Positions 1 to 10,900 of a stretch of 64,000 bases of DNA are shown here, one piece after another (the first letter of the stretch is position 1; every line of letters starts with the position of its first letter). The DNA is from an uncultured Planctomycetia bacterium (GTDB lineage Bacteria > Planctomycetota > Planctomycetia > Pirellulales > S012-138), in NCBI GenBank assembly GCA_963809785.1, contig CAWEKV010000002.1, forward strand, positions 1,006,689 to 1,070,688. The letters run 5' to 3'. A model generated the notes under the pieces. That model searched no databases. It had not been told where the DNA came from and saw only the letters and a program-made list of their open reading frames with translations. Both the position numbers and the translations under genes were made by a program.

Positions 1-1092
1 CTTGGTCTGCGACTCGAACTGCGGCTCGGGCACGCGGACGGCGACGATGGCGGTCAGGCCTTCGCGGAAGTCCTCGCCGCTGGGCGATGAGGTCCTTGAA
101 GAGGTCCTCCTTCTTGCCGTAGTTGTTGAGCGTGCGCGTGAGGGCCGTGCGGAAGCCCGATGAGGTGCGTGCCGCCGTCGGGCGTGTGGATGTTGTTGAC
201 GTAGGCGTGGACGTTCTCGGTGTATTCGCCGGCGTATTGCAGGGCGACCTCGATCTCGCACGCCTTCGGCTTCGGCCTTGACGTAGACGACGTCGTGGTG
301 GACCGGCTTCGCTGGCGCGGTTGAGGTACTCGACGAACTCGACGAGGCCGCGCTCGTAGTGGAACGTCTCGCTTTCGCCGGTGCGCTCGTCCTTGAAGAT
401 GATCCGCACGCCGCTGTTGAGGAAGGCCAGCTCGCGCAGCCGCTTTTGCAGGATGTCGTAGTCGAACTTGGTGGTCGCCGAAGATCGTCGGGGTCGGGCT
501 TGAAGGTGATCTTGGTGCCGGTGCGTGGCGGCGCTGCCGATGCTGTCTGACCGGCGCCGTGCGGCTTGCCGCGCTCGAACTCCTGCTGATAGACGTGCGC
601 CGTCGCGGCGGACCTCGACCTCGCACCACTCGGAGAGGAAGTTGACGGCCTTGACGCCGATGCCGTGCAGGCCGCCGGAGGTCTTGTAGGCCTGCTTGTC
701 GAACTTGCCGCCGCACGTTGAGGTTGGTCATCACGGCTTCGAGCGTGGAGACGTCGCGGCCTTTTTCGTCGGAGGTCTGCTCGTGCCGCTCGACGGGGAT
801 GCCGCGGCCGTCGTCCTCGACGGTGACGGAGCCGTCGGCGTTGATCGTGACGCGGATGTTCTTGGCGTAGCCGGCCATGACCTCGTCGATCGAGTTGTTG
901 ACCAGCTCGTAGACCAGGTGGTGCAGCCGCGGCACGGCGCTGTCGCCGATGTACATGCCGTAGCGGCAGGCGGACGTGCTCGCGGTCGGAGAGGTTTTTG
1001 ATTTGCGCTTCGCCGTAGGCGCCGGCCGCGGCCGGGGTTGGCGGCGGGTTAGGGCTTTCCGGCGGAAGCGGAGTGGATTCTTGATCTGCCAT
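1..1092 (-). CDS. gyrB: DNA gyrase subunit B, 5' part (runs off the window; several apparent frameshifts)
   Basis: GHKL motifs [36 protein letters not shown] (other frame) and [14 protein letters not shown] at 1092 preceded by AGGAG. Lies downstream of dnaN/DUF721. Confidence 0.93.
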   Translation of the reverse strand, partial: MADQESTPLPPESPNPPPTPAAAGAYGEAQIKNLSDREHVRLPLRHVHRRQRRAAAAPPGLRAGQQLDRRGHGRLRQEHPRHDQRRRLRHRRGRRPRHPRRAARADLRRKRPRRLHARSRDDQPQRAAASSTSRPTRPPAACTASASRPSTSSPSGARSRSAATAHVYQQEFERGKPHGAGQTASAAPPRTGTKITFKPDPDDLRRPPSSTTTSCKSGCASWPSSTAACGSSSRTSAPAKARRSTTSAASSSSSSTSTAPAKPVHHDVVYVKAEAEGVRDRGRPAIRRRIHRERPRLRQQHPHARRRHAPHRASARPSRARSTTTARRRTSSRTSSPSGEDFREGLTAIVAVRVPEPQFESQTK

Positions 1093-1156
1093 GGTGGCTC
1101 CTTAAAGCGAACGTCCGTGCGTAGGGAACGAAACTTTGGACCTCACGTCCGTGAGG

Positions 1157-1335
1157 CAGGGTGGGCAACGCCCACCAAATGCGTGTGGAATGTCGAAGGA
1201 CGAAGCACGAACGTCGAAGGAATGACGAATGACAGAATGACGAAGACGCCGACGGATTCGTCACTGGGTGTCTCCTTCGTCAGTCGTGCTTCGTCATTCG
1301 TCATTCTCCTTTTGGTGGGCATTGCCCACCCTACT
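1157..1335. repeat. Composite REP element: inverted GGGTGGGCA..GCCCACC palindromes enclosing heptamer (GAATGAC/GTCATTC-type) arrays
   Basis: cagggtgggcaacgcccacc at ~1157 and ggtgggcattgcccaccctac at ~1314-1334, with heptamer repeats in inverted arrangement between them. Confidence 0.8.
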
Positions 1336-1360
1336 AGGGACGGCACACTGAATGTGCCTG

Positions 1361-1666
1361 TTACTCGACCGCTGCCAGGCGGAAGCGCAGGTCCTTGATG
1401 CCCTGATCGGGTAAGTGGTCGATCAGTCCTCTGAGCAGCTCTTTCTTGCGGAATGACAGTTCTTGCAGCATGGGCGAGTGCGTCACGTATACATCGAGCA
1501 CGCCGCGCCGCACGTGGCCTAGCTTGGTGTACGCCGCCAATGGGTCTTTCACGATCGTTTGCCAGGCTTGCTCGATGCCTTCGGTGGCCCGGACCCGCGC
1601 GCAGCCGGTGCGCGCCAGCAATTCGCTGAGCACGTCGGCCATCTTGCGCGGTTGGCGGGTACGCAT
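1361..1666 (-). CDS. DUF721 / DciA-like protein
   Basis: 101 aa with AW..IV..L...T..G.V.RG.L.V.V.....LQELSF.K..LL pattern, located between dnaN and gyrB. Confidence 0.85.
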   Translation of the reverse strand: MRTRQPRKMADVLSELLARTGCARVRATEGIEQAWQTIVKDPLAAYTKLGHVRRGVLDVYVTHSPMLQELSFRKKELLRGLIDHLPDQGIKDLRFRLAAVE

Positions 1667-1667
1667 G

Positions 1668-1803
1668 GAATGACGAATAAAGAAGCCCTAATGACGAATG
1701 AATGACGAATGTCGAATGACCGAACGACGAAGAAAAGCCTGACCGAATTCGTCATTGGTCATTCGGACTTCCTTCGTCATTCGTGCTTCGACATTCGTCA
1801 TTG
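1668..1803. repeat. Heptamer tandem repeats in inverted arrangement (GAATGAC / GTCATTC)
   Basis: aatgacgaat...aatgacgaatgtcgaatgac followed by attcgtcattggtcattcg...attcgtcatt. Confidence 0.8.
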
Positions 1804-1809
1804 ACCTCA

Positions 1810-2925
1810 CTACTTCTCCCTGGCGAGCGGCATGATTACGTAGGCATAGCCGTCGTCGGTGTGGAACGTGGCAGCACTTTCCGAATCGGTGAGGTACAGC
1901 GACACGGACTTCTCGGCCTCCAGCACGCGGAGGAAATCGGTCAGGTAGCCGGGATCGAGCGTGATGGCGACCTTTTCGCCGTCGTAGGGGATTGGCAGCT
2001 CGACCCGCGACTGGCCGGCCTCGGCGGCGCGGGCGGTGAGCACGAGCTGCCCTTCGCCGAACGTGAAATCCACGCCGCGGCTCTCTTCGCTGGTCATGAT
2101 CGCCGCCTGCCGCGTGGCCGAGTGCAGCGGGCTAACGACCATGTCGATCTGCTTGGCGCCGCTCCTGTTCGGGAAGACGTCGCGCCAGCGGGGGAACCGG
2201 CCGGCGACGAGCGTCGTGGAGATCGTCACGCGAGGGCTTTTCACCAGCACGGCATTCGCCCGATGGGCGATGCTGATCTCGCCGTCGGCGTCGCTGATCG
2301 CCCGCTCCATGACCTGCATGGCCCGCGTGGGGACGATGACCATGTTGTCGCCCGTCTGATGGCCGCCGACCGACATGGCTGGCCCTTCCATTTTCGCCAA
2401 CCGGCGGCCATCCGTGCCGACGGCCACGATCTTGTCAGGAAGCATTTCCAGCAGCACGCCGCCGAGCGCGTAGCGCGTGCTCTCCACATCGGTGGCAAAG
2501 GCCGTGCGGCGGACGATCTCGCGAAACAGTCGGGCTGGCAGCTCGTGGTACTTGTCTTCGGTGAAGGTCGAGACCACGGGGAACTCGTCGGGGCTTTGCA
2601 CCGGCAAGCGGAACTCGCTGTGCTGGCCCCAGACGGTGAGGCTCTGCCCGTCGCTCTCCAGGTGCAGGATTTCGTCCTGGCTCTCGCGGACGATGTCGCC
2701 GAAGCGCTTGACGGGCAGCACGGCGCTGCCGGCGCGCTCGATCTCCACTCCAGGAAGCTGCACGCGGATGCCGATCTCCAGGTCCGTGGCGGCAAGCGTG
2801 ACCGAGTCGGTCTCGGTATCGAGCTTGACGTTTTGCAGGATCGGCTTGGGACTGCGGCCGGGGGCGACGCTGGCGGCAGTGCCAAAAGCGGCAGCGAGCT
2901 TGTCTCGATGGCAGGTGAGCTTCAT
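1810..2925 (-). CDS. dnaN: DNA polymerase III beta sliding clamp
   Basis: 371 aa; KPILQNV, ATDLEIGI, RYALGGVLL, VGTDGRRLA, GRFPRW and C-terminal YVIMPL. Confidence 0.97.
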   Translation of the reverse strand: MKLTCHRDKLAAAFGTAASVAPGRSPKPILQNVKLDTETDSVTLAATDLEIGIRVQLPGVEIERAGSAVLPVKRFGDIVRESQDEILHLESDGQSLTVWGQHSEFRLPVQSPDEFPVVSTFTEDKYHELPARLFREIVRRTAFATDVESTRYALGGVLLEMLPDKIVAVGTDGRRLAKMEGPAMSVGGHQTGDNMVIVPTRAMQVMERAISDADGEISIAHRANAVLVKSPRVTISTTLVAGRFPRWRDVFPNRSGAKQIDMVVSPLHSATRQAAIMTSEESRGVDFTFGEGQLVLTARAAEAGQSRVELPIPYDGEKVAITLDPGYLTDFLRVLEAEKSVSLYLTDSESAATFHTDDGYAYVIMPLAREK

Positions 2926-3220
2926 GGTTGGACTAGCGGAGTTGGATTACTTGAATACAAGGAAATATCTCGCCGTAGCCGTTGGATGACGATGCGAATT
3001 GTCGATGCCGTTCCGAGCGCGGCGGTTAGTGTCTTATCAGGTCGGCAGTTAGGGCTGTTGGCGGCCAAAGCCTGGCTGTGGAGAACCCAGTCTTGTTGCT
3101 GTCGATGACTGGTTGGGTTCGTGTTGACTTCAACGTTGCCGCTCAGCCGGACGATTCATGCCGTTGTCTTTGGGCCGTCAGACGCCCGAAAGCGTCAGAT
3201 CGATGACAGGTTTTCCACAA
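2926..3220. promoter_or_regulatory. Possible oriC / DnaA-box region between dnaA-like gene and dnaN
   Basis: TTTTCCACA at 3211-3219 fits TT(A/T)TNCACA. TGTGGAGAA at 3077-3085 has 1 mismatch. Short AT-rich patch at ~2945-2970. Confidence 0.45.
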
Positions 3221-4388
3221 CCATGCTTCCTGCTGCTGGTCTGCTTCCTGCGGCGGACTGGGCTGCGCACGGCCCTCTTCAAGGCTGCTTCGAGAGCAGT
3301 CACGGCCTGGCGCGTCAGCGGGTCGGCCATCTGCAACTCCTCGGTGCGGCGGCAATTGTGCAGCACGGTCGTGTGGTCGCGGTCGCCGAAATAGGCCCCG
3401 ATGCGCTCCAGGCTCAGGCCCGTCAGGCGGCGAGCCAGGTACATGGCGACCGCCCGCGCTTCGACCACGTGGCGGTGCCGCGAGCTGCTCTTCAGGTCGG
3501 CAAGCGTGAGGCTGAAGTATCTGGCGGTCTTGGCGGCGACGGTTCGCAGCGCCACCTCGCCAACCGTAGCGTGCGTGGCGACGTAGCGGCGAGCGGCGGC
3601 GACATCGATCGTTCGCACCTGTTCCTTGGCGGTGCAGGCCAGCGTAATGACTGCCCCGCGAAGTTGTGGTGGCGACAGTTCCAGGTCCGCCAGAACGTTG
3701 GCCGCATCTTCGGCGAGCGACACGCCGAGCAGCGACGCCCAATCGCCGAGCAGCGCCCGCCGCGCCGCCAGGCCAGGCATCGCGATCGGCACCACCAACC
3801 CGCCCACCAACCGGCTGCGGAGCATCGGCAGCAAGTCCCGACTCTCGCCAGGCGACCCGCGGCTGGTGACGACCACCAGGCCACCCTGCGACGTGACTTC
3901 GTCGATGTGGTGCGTCAACTGTTGCTGGCCGACAGGACGGTCCCGCAAGTCGCCTACATCCTCGACGATCAACAAATCGAGGCCTGCGGCCGGCTGCGGC
4001 CGAGCGGCGTTGGCTGCTCGGCCGGGCCGCGGAGCGATCGTCTCGTCGCTGGTAATATCGGCCGCGGCCAGGATGTGGACTGAAGGGCACGTCGAATTCG
4101 CGGAGCACGTCGAGTTCGGGCGCACGTCGAGCTTACGCTTCGACGCTCACCTGCCAGCCCCCAGGCCAAATGCGACTTTCCCACGCCCGAGGGGCCGCAG
4201 AGGACGATGGGTCCTAGCGACACATCGTGGCGGAGGACGGCATCGGCCGCGGCGCACAGCAGCGAGTTCTCCGGCCCGACGACGAACCAGCCGAGCGTCG
4301 TGGCGCCGCGCGGCCACGCGTTATCAGGGGGCTGACGCCCCCCGCTCGCCAATGCGCTTGCCAACGGAATGCGAATGACGCCGTCCAC
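3178..4388 (-). CDS. dnaA: DnaA-family replication initiator (short form without domain I; one frameshift near 4110-4125)
   Basis: FVVGPEN, Walker A GPSGVGKS, LLIVED, LRSRLVGGL and domain IV AMYLARRLT..SL..IG.YFGDRDHTTVLH. Adjacent to dnaN. Confidence 0.85.
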
Positions 4389-4542
4389 GTTCCAGCGATC
4401 CGTCCCGAGGAATGAGCTGCGATCAAGGGCCGGTTTTCAAAGCGCGTCTGTGCGATTCCGCCGGGAGCCGCCCAGAGAGACCGCCCGCAGAGCCCGCGCC
4501 AACCGCCCATTTGGAAACGGTGGATTCTATCAGTTCGGGGCG

Positions 4543-5829
4543 TCACCGACGAGCCGGCACGGCGGATTTTCCCGACAAAGATTGGCGTTCTAAATCTTTG
4601 CAGGCTACAAGGATGCGACGAGCCGCCTCGTCGATCTCGGCCGCCGTCGTGGCGATTCCCAGACTAAGGCGGATCGAGCCTTCAAGAACCTCTTTTTCAC
4701 ACCCCATGGCGACCAGCGCCGGCGACGGATCGCTCGATCCGCTGGCACACGCTGAGCCGGTCGAACAGGCCACGCCGGCCAAATCCAACGCCATCACCAG
4801 GGCCTGGCGATTGAGTCCGGGGAAGCCCAGACAGGACGTATGCGGCAGCCGCTCGGCCGCCGCGGCGTGCACGACCAGGCGCGGCCAGCCGGCGCGCATG
4901 GCACGTTCGAGCCGGTCGCGCAACGTCGCCAAGCGGCTCGTGCGCACCGACGCTTCGCGCTGCCAAGCCATCAGCGCCGTGTGCATGCCGACGGCCAGCG
5001 CCACGTCCTCGGTGCCGGGGCGCAATCCAGCTTGCTGAAAGCCGCCGTGGAGCTGCGGGCGGAGCTTCACGCCCTGTCGCAGCACGAGGGCCCCGATGCC
5101 ACGCGGTCCGCCGAACTTGTGGGCTGCGATGGTCATTGCGGCGACGCCGAGTTGGCGGAAGTTCACGGGGACCTTGCCGATGGCTTGCACAGCGTCCGTA
5201 TGCAGGAGCGTGCCAGCCTTCTGAAACACGGAGGCCAGGTCGGCAATCGGCTGAAGGGCGCCGGTTTCGTTGTTGCCAAGCATGACGCTGACGAGGCGAT
5301 AGGTAGCAGGCACGCTCCGTGTGCCATCAGGTATCTGGTCAACTCGCTCTGCGAGTTGTCGCGACTCGCGGAGCGAGTCGGCCACAGAGACGGCACACGG
5401 AGTGTGCCGGCTACTCACCACGCCCGCGGCCGTCACGGGCACTACATCGACTTGCCAGCCGCGGCGGCGCAGATCCTTGGCCGGCTCGGCCACGCTGGGA
5501 TGCTCGATGGCCGAAACGGCGATGCGGCAGGGCGTTTCGCCAGCCAGGCCGAAGAGCGCCAGGTTGTTGGCCTCGGTGCCGCCGCTGGTGAAGATCAGCG
5601 TATCGCCACGGGCCGACGCGACGTCCGCCCCTAGAATATCCGCGATGCCCTCGCGGGCATCCTCCAGCGCCTGCCGCGCCCGCCGGCCCGCCGAGTGCTG
5701 GCTAGCCGGGTTGGCATAGAGGGTCGCATGGCACCGGGCCATGGCGGCGGCCACCTCGGGCAGCAGCGGCGCAGTCGCGTTGTGATCGAGATAGATGTTC
5801 TGCACGGCGATGCTCTTCACGCCGGGCAT
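4543..5829 (-). CDS. iscS: Cysteine desulfurase (IscS/NifS family) carrying an in-frame REP insertion
   Basis: IYLDHNATAP, FTSGGTEANN, HTDAVQ, AHKFGGPRG and STGSAC motifs. Confidence 0.92.
   Translation of the reverse strand: MPGVKSIAVQNIYLDHNATAPLLPEVAAAMARCHATLYANPASQHSAGRRARQALEDAREGIADILGADVASARGDTLIFTSGGTEANNLALFGLAGETPCRIAVSAIEHPSVAEPAKDLRRRGWQVDVVPVTAAGVVSSRHTPCAVSVADSLRESRQLAERVDQIPDGTRSVPATYRLVSVMLGNNETGALQPIADLASVFQKAGTLLHTDAVQAIGKVPVNFRQLGVAAMTIAAHKFGGPRGIGALVLRQGVKLRPQLHGGFQQAGLRPGTEDVALAVGMHTALMAWQREASVRTSRLATLRDRLERAMRAGWPRLVVHAAAAERLPHTSCLGFPGLNRQALVMALDLAGVACSTGSACASGSSDPSPALVAMGCEKEVLEGSIRLSLGIATTAAEIDEAARRILVACKDLERQSLSGKSAVPARR
5303..5414. repeat. GTAG-type REP doublet with a nested second palindrome, inside the iscS coding sequence
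   Basis: gtagcaggcacgctccgtgtgcc ... ggcacacggagtgtgccggctac. The inner tggtcaactcgctctgcgagttg..cgactcgcggagcgagtcggcca resembles the intergenic element at 47414-47471. Confidence 0.85.
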
Positions 5830-5960
5830 TATAGAGGGTGAGGCGGTGAGTGCTATCAGGCTTCAGACTTCCGGCTTCCGGCTTCGGCCGCGCCACAAAA
5901 ACGTTCTCTCGGTAGGCTGAAGCCCGAAGTCGCGTCCCCTCACCACTCACCACGTACCAT

Positions 5961-6793
5961 TCAGTGGTACAAGAACAGCGGCACCGGGCTTTCTTGCAGC
6001 AGCCGTTGCGTCGCCGAACCGAACAGAAACTCTTCCCATCGCGACTGGCCATCGGCACCGGTGACGATGAGCTGAGCTCCTAGGGCGGCTGATTGTTCCA
6101 AGATCAGCTGATCGGCCGAGCTCGTGCGCAGCAAGGCGATCGGCGTGGCAGCGATATCGTGCGATGCGAGGAATTGCACTGCCCGGTCGGCGCAGCGGGC
6201 GGCTTCAACCGCATCGGTGTCGTCGGCCGAGAGGACGTGCACCTGTCCCAAGGCGTGCAATCCGCTCATCGCAAATACCTGTAGCGCGCGCGCGATGCCT
6301 GGGGCGTGCCGTCATAGGCCACCAGCACGGGGCCCTCGTCCGGCGGCAGCGGGGTCTCTGGAACGACGATCACGGGGCGCGGCGGTTGACGCAGGACGTT
6401 CGCCAGCGTGTGGCAGGAGCCCTTCTGGGCCTCGAAATGCGCGTGCCTCCCCAGCAGAATCAGGTCAAACCGCTGGGCCTCCTGCAGAATCTGCTCGCAA
6501 GGAGTGCCCGAGTCCTCCAGCAGCTTGCAGGCGACTCTCTCCTCCGCGCAACGGATCGCCAGTTGCTCGAGCAGCTGCTCGACCTCTTTGCGGGCAGCGC
6601 CGACCCAGTCCTCTTGCAGTTTTTCGAGGTAGCCGCCCGGCGGAGCGACATGTGCTCCGCGCAGCGCCGGCTCGTCGATGACGCCCAGCGCGACCAGCAA
6701 AGCGTCGAACCGTCGTGCCCAGGCGATGCCTAGAGTGACCAACGAAGAGGCCTGCGGCGAACCGTCCAGCCCGAGGAGAATCGTGCGTACCAT
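5961..6793 (-). CDS. Universal stress protein, tandem Usp domains (frameshift near 6295)
   Basis: MVRTILLGLDGS, DLILLGR, VLVAYDGT, LIVTGA.G..R..E.LFGS.T..LL....VPLFLYH, split over two frames. Confidence 0.88.
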
Positions 6794-6835
6794 GGCGCCT
6801 CCAAGAAAGGGGGCGCGCCGCATCGACGGACTAGA

Positions 6836-6850
6836 GCACTTCCCGTGCCA
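6836..6850 (-). promoter_or_regulatory. Putative sigma-54 (-24/-12) promoter of the usp gene
   Basis: Minus strand TGGCACGGGAAGTGC = GG-N10-GC, about 45 bp upstream of the ATG. Confidence 0.5.
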
Positions 6851-6941
6851 ATGCAGGCTGCACACGAGTCAAGTGAGCAGGTGAGTAGGTCAATGACGGA
6901 TAACCTACCTACGTACTCACTTACTCACCCCTCCTGGCAGG

Positions 6942-7803
6942 CTACGGCTGCGGCAACACCTGCGGCACTGTCGAGAGCTGGTCCCGCACGTATAACCGAT
7001 TCAACTCCCCCAACGAGATTTCCTCGGGCTGCACGGCCAGCGGCGACACGCGGTTGGGGTCTACGCCGGGCTTGACCACGACCAGGGCCAATTCCTTCTG
7101 CCACTGCTTCAGGAACACGTCCTTCAGCACGCGGATATTGCCCCGCGCGGGATCAGCCAGGTAGACGTAGGTGCCGTCGGTGCCGCGGACGACGACGAAG
7201 TGGTCGTAGCCTTCCACGATGATGCCGACGATCAGCGGGATTTTGGATTCCCGCAGCTTTTCGTAGTCCAGTTTGCCGATCGAAGCCTGGTAGCCGACTT
7301 TCGTGGCCAGCCGCCGCAGGTCGGTGAGCGAGAGGCCGTTGCGAATGCGGTCCTGCATCTCCTCAGCCGTGAGCATGCGAAGCGTGACCAGCAAGAGGCC
7401 CGTTTCGGTGACATCGCCCCCCCAATGATGGCGGATCATGGTCGCCAGGGCCGCCGCGCCGCAGGAGTAGTCCCGCTCTTGCATCACGATATTGACGTTC
7501 CGCACCTCGCGCCAGTTCTTCACGCGCAAGCGGATAATGTTTTCTTCTTCGCGGAAGCGGACGGGGCGCGTCGGTGCTGCGGCACATCCATCGTCGGCAG
7601 CTCGCGCCGGTGGGTTCGCTGCGGTGCGCCTGGCTGGCAGGTGCTCGAGGGGACGTTGGCGGGGTCGCGGACGGCCCAGGCGGGCCCTGCTTGGCGGGCG
7701 GCTGTGCAGGGGCGTCGAGCATCCCGACGGGAAGCATGGCCATTGCCGCCAGCACGCCGGCGACAAGCACGCCCGATCGACGTTCGGGGAAAAGGTGCTT
7801 CAC
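6942..7803 (-). CDS. Stand-alone C39-family cysteine peptidase with N-terminal signal-like segment (FapD-like; one frameshift near 7600-7650)
   Basis: Q.RDYSCGAAALAT (catalytic Cys), HFVVV (His), LADPARG (Asp). Hydrophobic N-terminus VLVAGVLAAMAMLPVG lies in the upstream frame. No ABC-transporter domain. Confidence 0.88.
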
Positions 7804-7805
7804 GT

Positions 7806-7927
7806 ATAGGTGAGTAGGTGAGTAGGTGAGTAGGTGAGTAGGTGAGTAGGTGAGTAGGTGAGTAGCGAGTAGGTTGTTATTGAGCATTCACCGACATACT
7901 CACCTACTCACTTACTCACCTATTCAC
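7806..7927. repeat. Octamer tandem repeat (AGGTGAGT)n with inverted CTACTCAC copies
   Basis: About 7 tandem AGGTGAGT units followed by acatactcacctactcacttactcacc. Same family at ~6870-6930, ~43557 and ~47096-47170. Confidence 0.9.
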
Positions 7928-7936
7928 CCTCGGCCT

Positions 7937-10900
7937 TTAGTACGTCCAGCTGACGCCGAACACGGAGTCGATCGATTCCTCGGTCAAACCGAAGACCAGG
8001 AACGGCTCGATGGTTTTCGGTCCTTCCTGGCACTCGTCCTTCTTGGTGTACCGGCTGATCGTGGCGCCCAAGCGGAGCTGCATCGGCTCCCGTTTGCCGC
8101 CGGCGAGGCGGATGCCATTGATCACGTCTTCGGAGATGTACGAGCCGAGGAACGTGGCCGTGAGCGTCACCCGCGGGTTGACGGCGAAACCGACGCCGTA
8201 GCGGTAGTAGACCTGCTTGCCCGGCTCCACTTCAAAGCCGCCCTCGAACTCGTTCTCATAGCGGTGACGGTAGCCAAACCCGTAGAACACCACGATAGGA
8301 TCGTAAATCTGAATGAAGCTCAGGCCGATCGACGTGGTCCAGAAGCCTTCGCCCAGGGCCGTGCCGGGCACGGACAACGAGGTCGCCAGCGTGCTCTTGC
8401 CCGTGGGGGCGGAGAATGCCGCCGTGGCCAGGACGGTGGGGCAATGCGCATTGCCTTCGATCAACTGCCGGATCAAGCCTGCCGACACGTCACCGATGCC
8501 GCCGGCGTCGGTGAACACGTCGTTTCCGGCGAAGGAGAACTCACTATCCGACCAGCCGAACGGGACGTTGACAAAGGCCTGGCACACGGGGCTCAGCCCG
8601 AGGCGGAACTCGAGGGGCGCCGTGAGCAGCCGCTGACGACGGTTGGCCTCGCCGAAGATCAAGACGTTGTTGCGAATGTCTACGCTGGCGAAGTCGGCCT
8701 GGTCGTAGGCGTATTGCAGCGTGATGTCAAATTCGTACTCGCCCGGATCGAGCAGGATCGAATCGGAGGCCAGGAACTGTGGCCGGGGTTGTTCGGGGGC
8801 CTGGCCGATCGTGGGCGGCTGCCCTGCCGGGCGGGCCGGTTCGCCCCCCTCCACGTCGCCGTCCTTGGGGGCCCCGTTCTTCTTCTCGCCACCCAGCTCG
8901 GGATCGTCGATTGGCAGCTTCAAGGGTTGCTGGTAGGCGGCCAGCGAGCTGTCTCCACCCGGCAACGGGGGCAGACGCTGCGGCTTGGTGCTGTGTTTGC
9001 CCGTGTTATCGCTGGCGGCAAGGGCCATTGGCTGCGTCGCGCTCGTCGCTGGCTGCGCCGTGGCGCCGGGCACGGCGGCCAATGCCTGCGGCATGGCGGC
9101 GGACGCTGCGGCCGGCAACGTCGTGCCGGGCATGCCGCCCACGATGATATTGATGACGTTGGCGGGTGCCCCGGCCTGCGGCTGAACCGTCGCCACGATG
9201 GGGGCGTTGTTGCCGGGGTTGACCGTGATCTGTTGCGGGCTCGAGCCCTGCGGCGGAGTCGTCGTGGCGACTGCGGCCGCCGGCGACGGGGCCACAGCGA
9301 CAGCGGCAGGCGCCGGCGTCGGGCTTTGAGAAGCGGCGCTCGATGGCTGGGGCGCGGCCACGTTGCCCTGCGGGGTGGGCGCGGCCGCGACTTGCACTTG
9401 CGGCGTCGCGGGCGTCGCCTGGGCGACAGGCGCGGGCGAAGCGGCCGGCTCGGTCTTGGCTACCACCGGGGCTGGCGACGCCGCGACAGGCGATGCAGGG
9501 GCCGTTGAGGCTGCGGCCGGCGGCGCCACGACGGCGCTGGCCGCCACTTTGGCCTGGGTTGCAGCTTGCGCCGCTGGTGTGGCGGGAATCTGCGGCTGAG
9601 CTTGGGCCACGACCGGCGCGAGGGTTCGCGAGCGGGCGACGCCGTTGACGGCGACGCGGCGGCTGCCACTTGCGTCTGAACCGCCGTCTTCGGGGAAGGC
9701 TGCGGCTCGGTCTTGGCGACCGCGCGAGTCGGCAATCTCGTGGCAGGTGCATGAAGGATGCTGGCGGCCACTTTCGCTTGGGTTGCCGCGTCTGACGGCC
9801 GCGGGTTCACGGGGAGCTGCGGGCCGGTTTTGGCTGCCACAATGGGTGATCGCGAGCCGGCGTTGCGGCCGAGCACGGGCGTCGTTATTTCCGGGACCGC
9901 TGCGGTCGCTGTCCGCGGCATGCTGCTGCCCTCCGAACTCTCCGTCGGAGTGCTGGCTGGCAGAGCGGGACTAGGACGGAGCACCAGACGATCTTCCCTT
10001 TCAACTATGGCGGGTTTCGCGTGTTCCGCCGCCGGTCGGCATCGGCTGCGTAGGCCGCCGCCACTTTGCGTTGGAGCGCGGGAGCCGTATAGGCCGTCGC
10101 CACTTTGGATTGGGGCGCTGGCGTGGTCGTGTAAGCCGTGGCGACTTTGGGTTGAGCCGCGGGCGTGGTCGTGTAAGCCGTCGCCACTTTGGGTTGAGGT
10201 GCGGGTGCGGGCGCGGCGCGGCCGGGTAAGCCGTGACTACTTTGGGTTGGGGTGCAGGGGCGGTCGGGTGGACCGTCGCCGCTTTGGGTTGTGGCACGGG
10301 CGAGGCGGCGTAAGCCGTCGCCACTTTCGGCGGGGGTGCGGCGGCAGTCGCCGGCCAGCTTGCGTTGCCGTCGCGCTGGGTCCGCGATAGGACCGGCGCG
10401 GCAGCAGCGACCCGATCCTGACGGGCAGGTGCGGCCGGAGTGCCCTTCGGGCTGGTCACCTGCGGCGCGGCCGAAGCGGCAACCCGATCCGGGCGGACCG
10501 GCACGGCCTGAGCGGAATTCTGACGTGCCGCTGGCGGCGCGGCCGAAGTGGCGACGCGATCCTGGCGAGCAGGCGCGCTCTTCGGGCTTGCAACTTGCGG
10601 AGCAGCCGAAGCGGCGACTCGATCCTGACGGGCAGGCGCGGCCGCAGAGTTGTTTTGACTCGCAGTTGGCGGGGTGGCCGAAGTGGCAACCCGGTCGTGT
10701 CGAGCAGGCGCGCTCTTCTGGCTTGCAACCTGCGGAGCAGCCGGAGTGGCAACCCGGTCCTGACGGGCCGGCGCGGCCGCGGCGCCCTGGTGGCTCGCAG
10801 CGGGCGCGGTGGCCGAAGTGGCAAGCCGGTCCTGGCGGGCAGGAGCGGCCGGAGCGCCTCTTCTGACTTGCTTGTGGAGCTGCCGAAGCGGCAACCCGGG

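Noticed and set aside
1783-3108. Long antisense/alternative-frame ORFs (e.g. 1783-3108, 7874-9508, 27971-30226, 39858-41279)
   Set aside because: Shadow ORFs expected in high-GC DNA opposite well-supported genes; no motifs.
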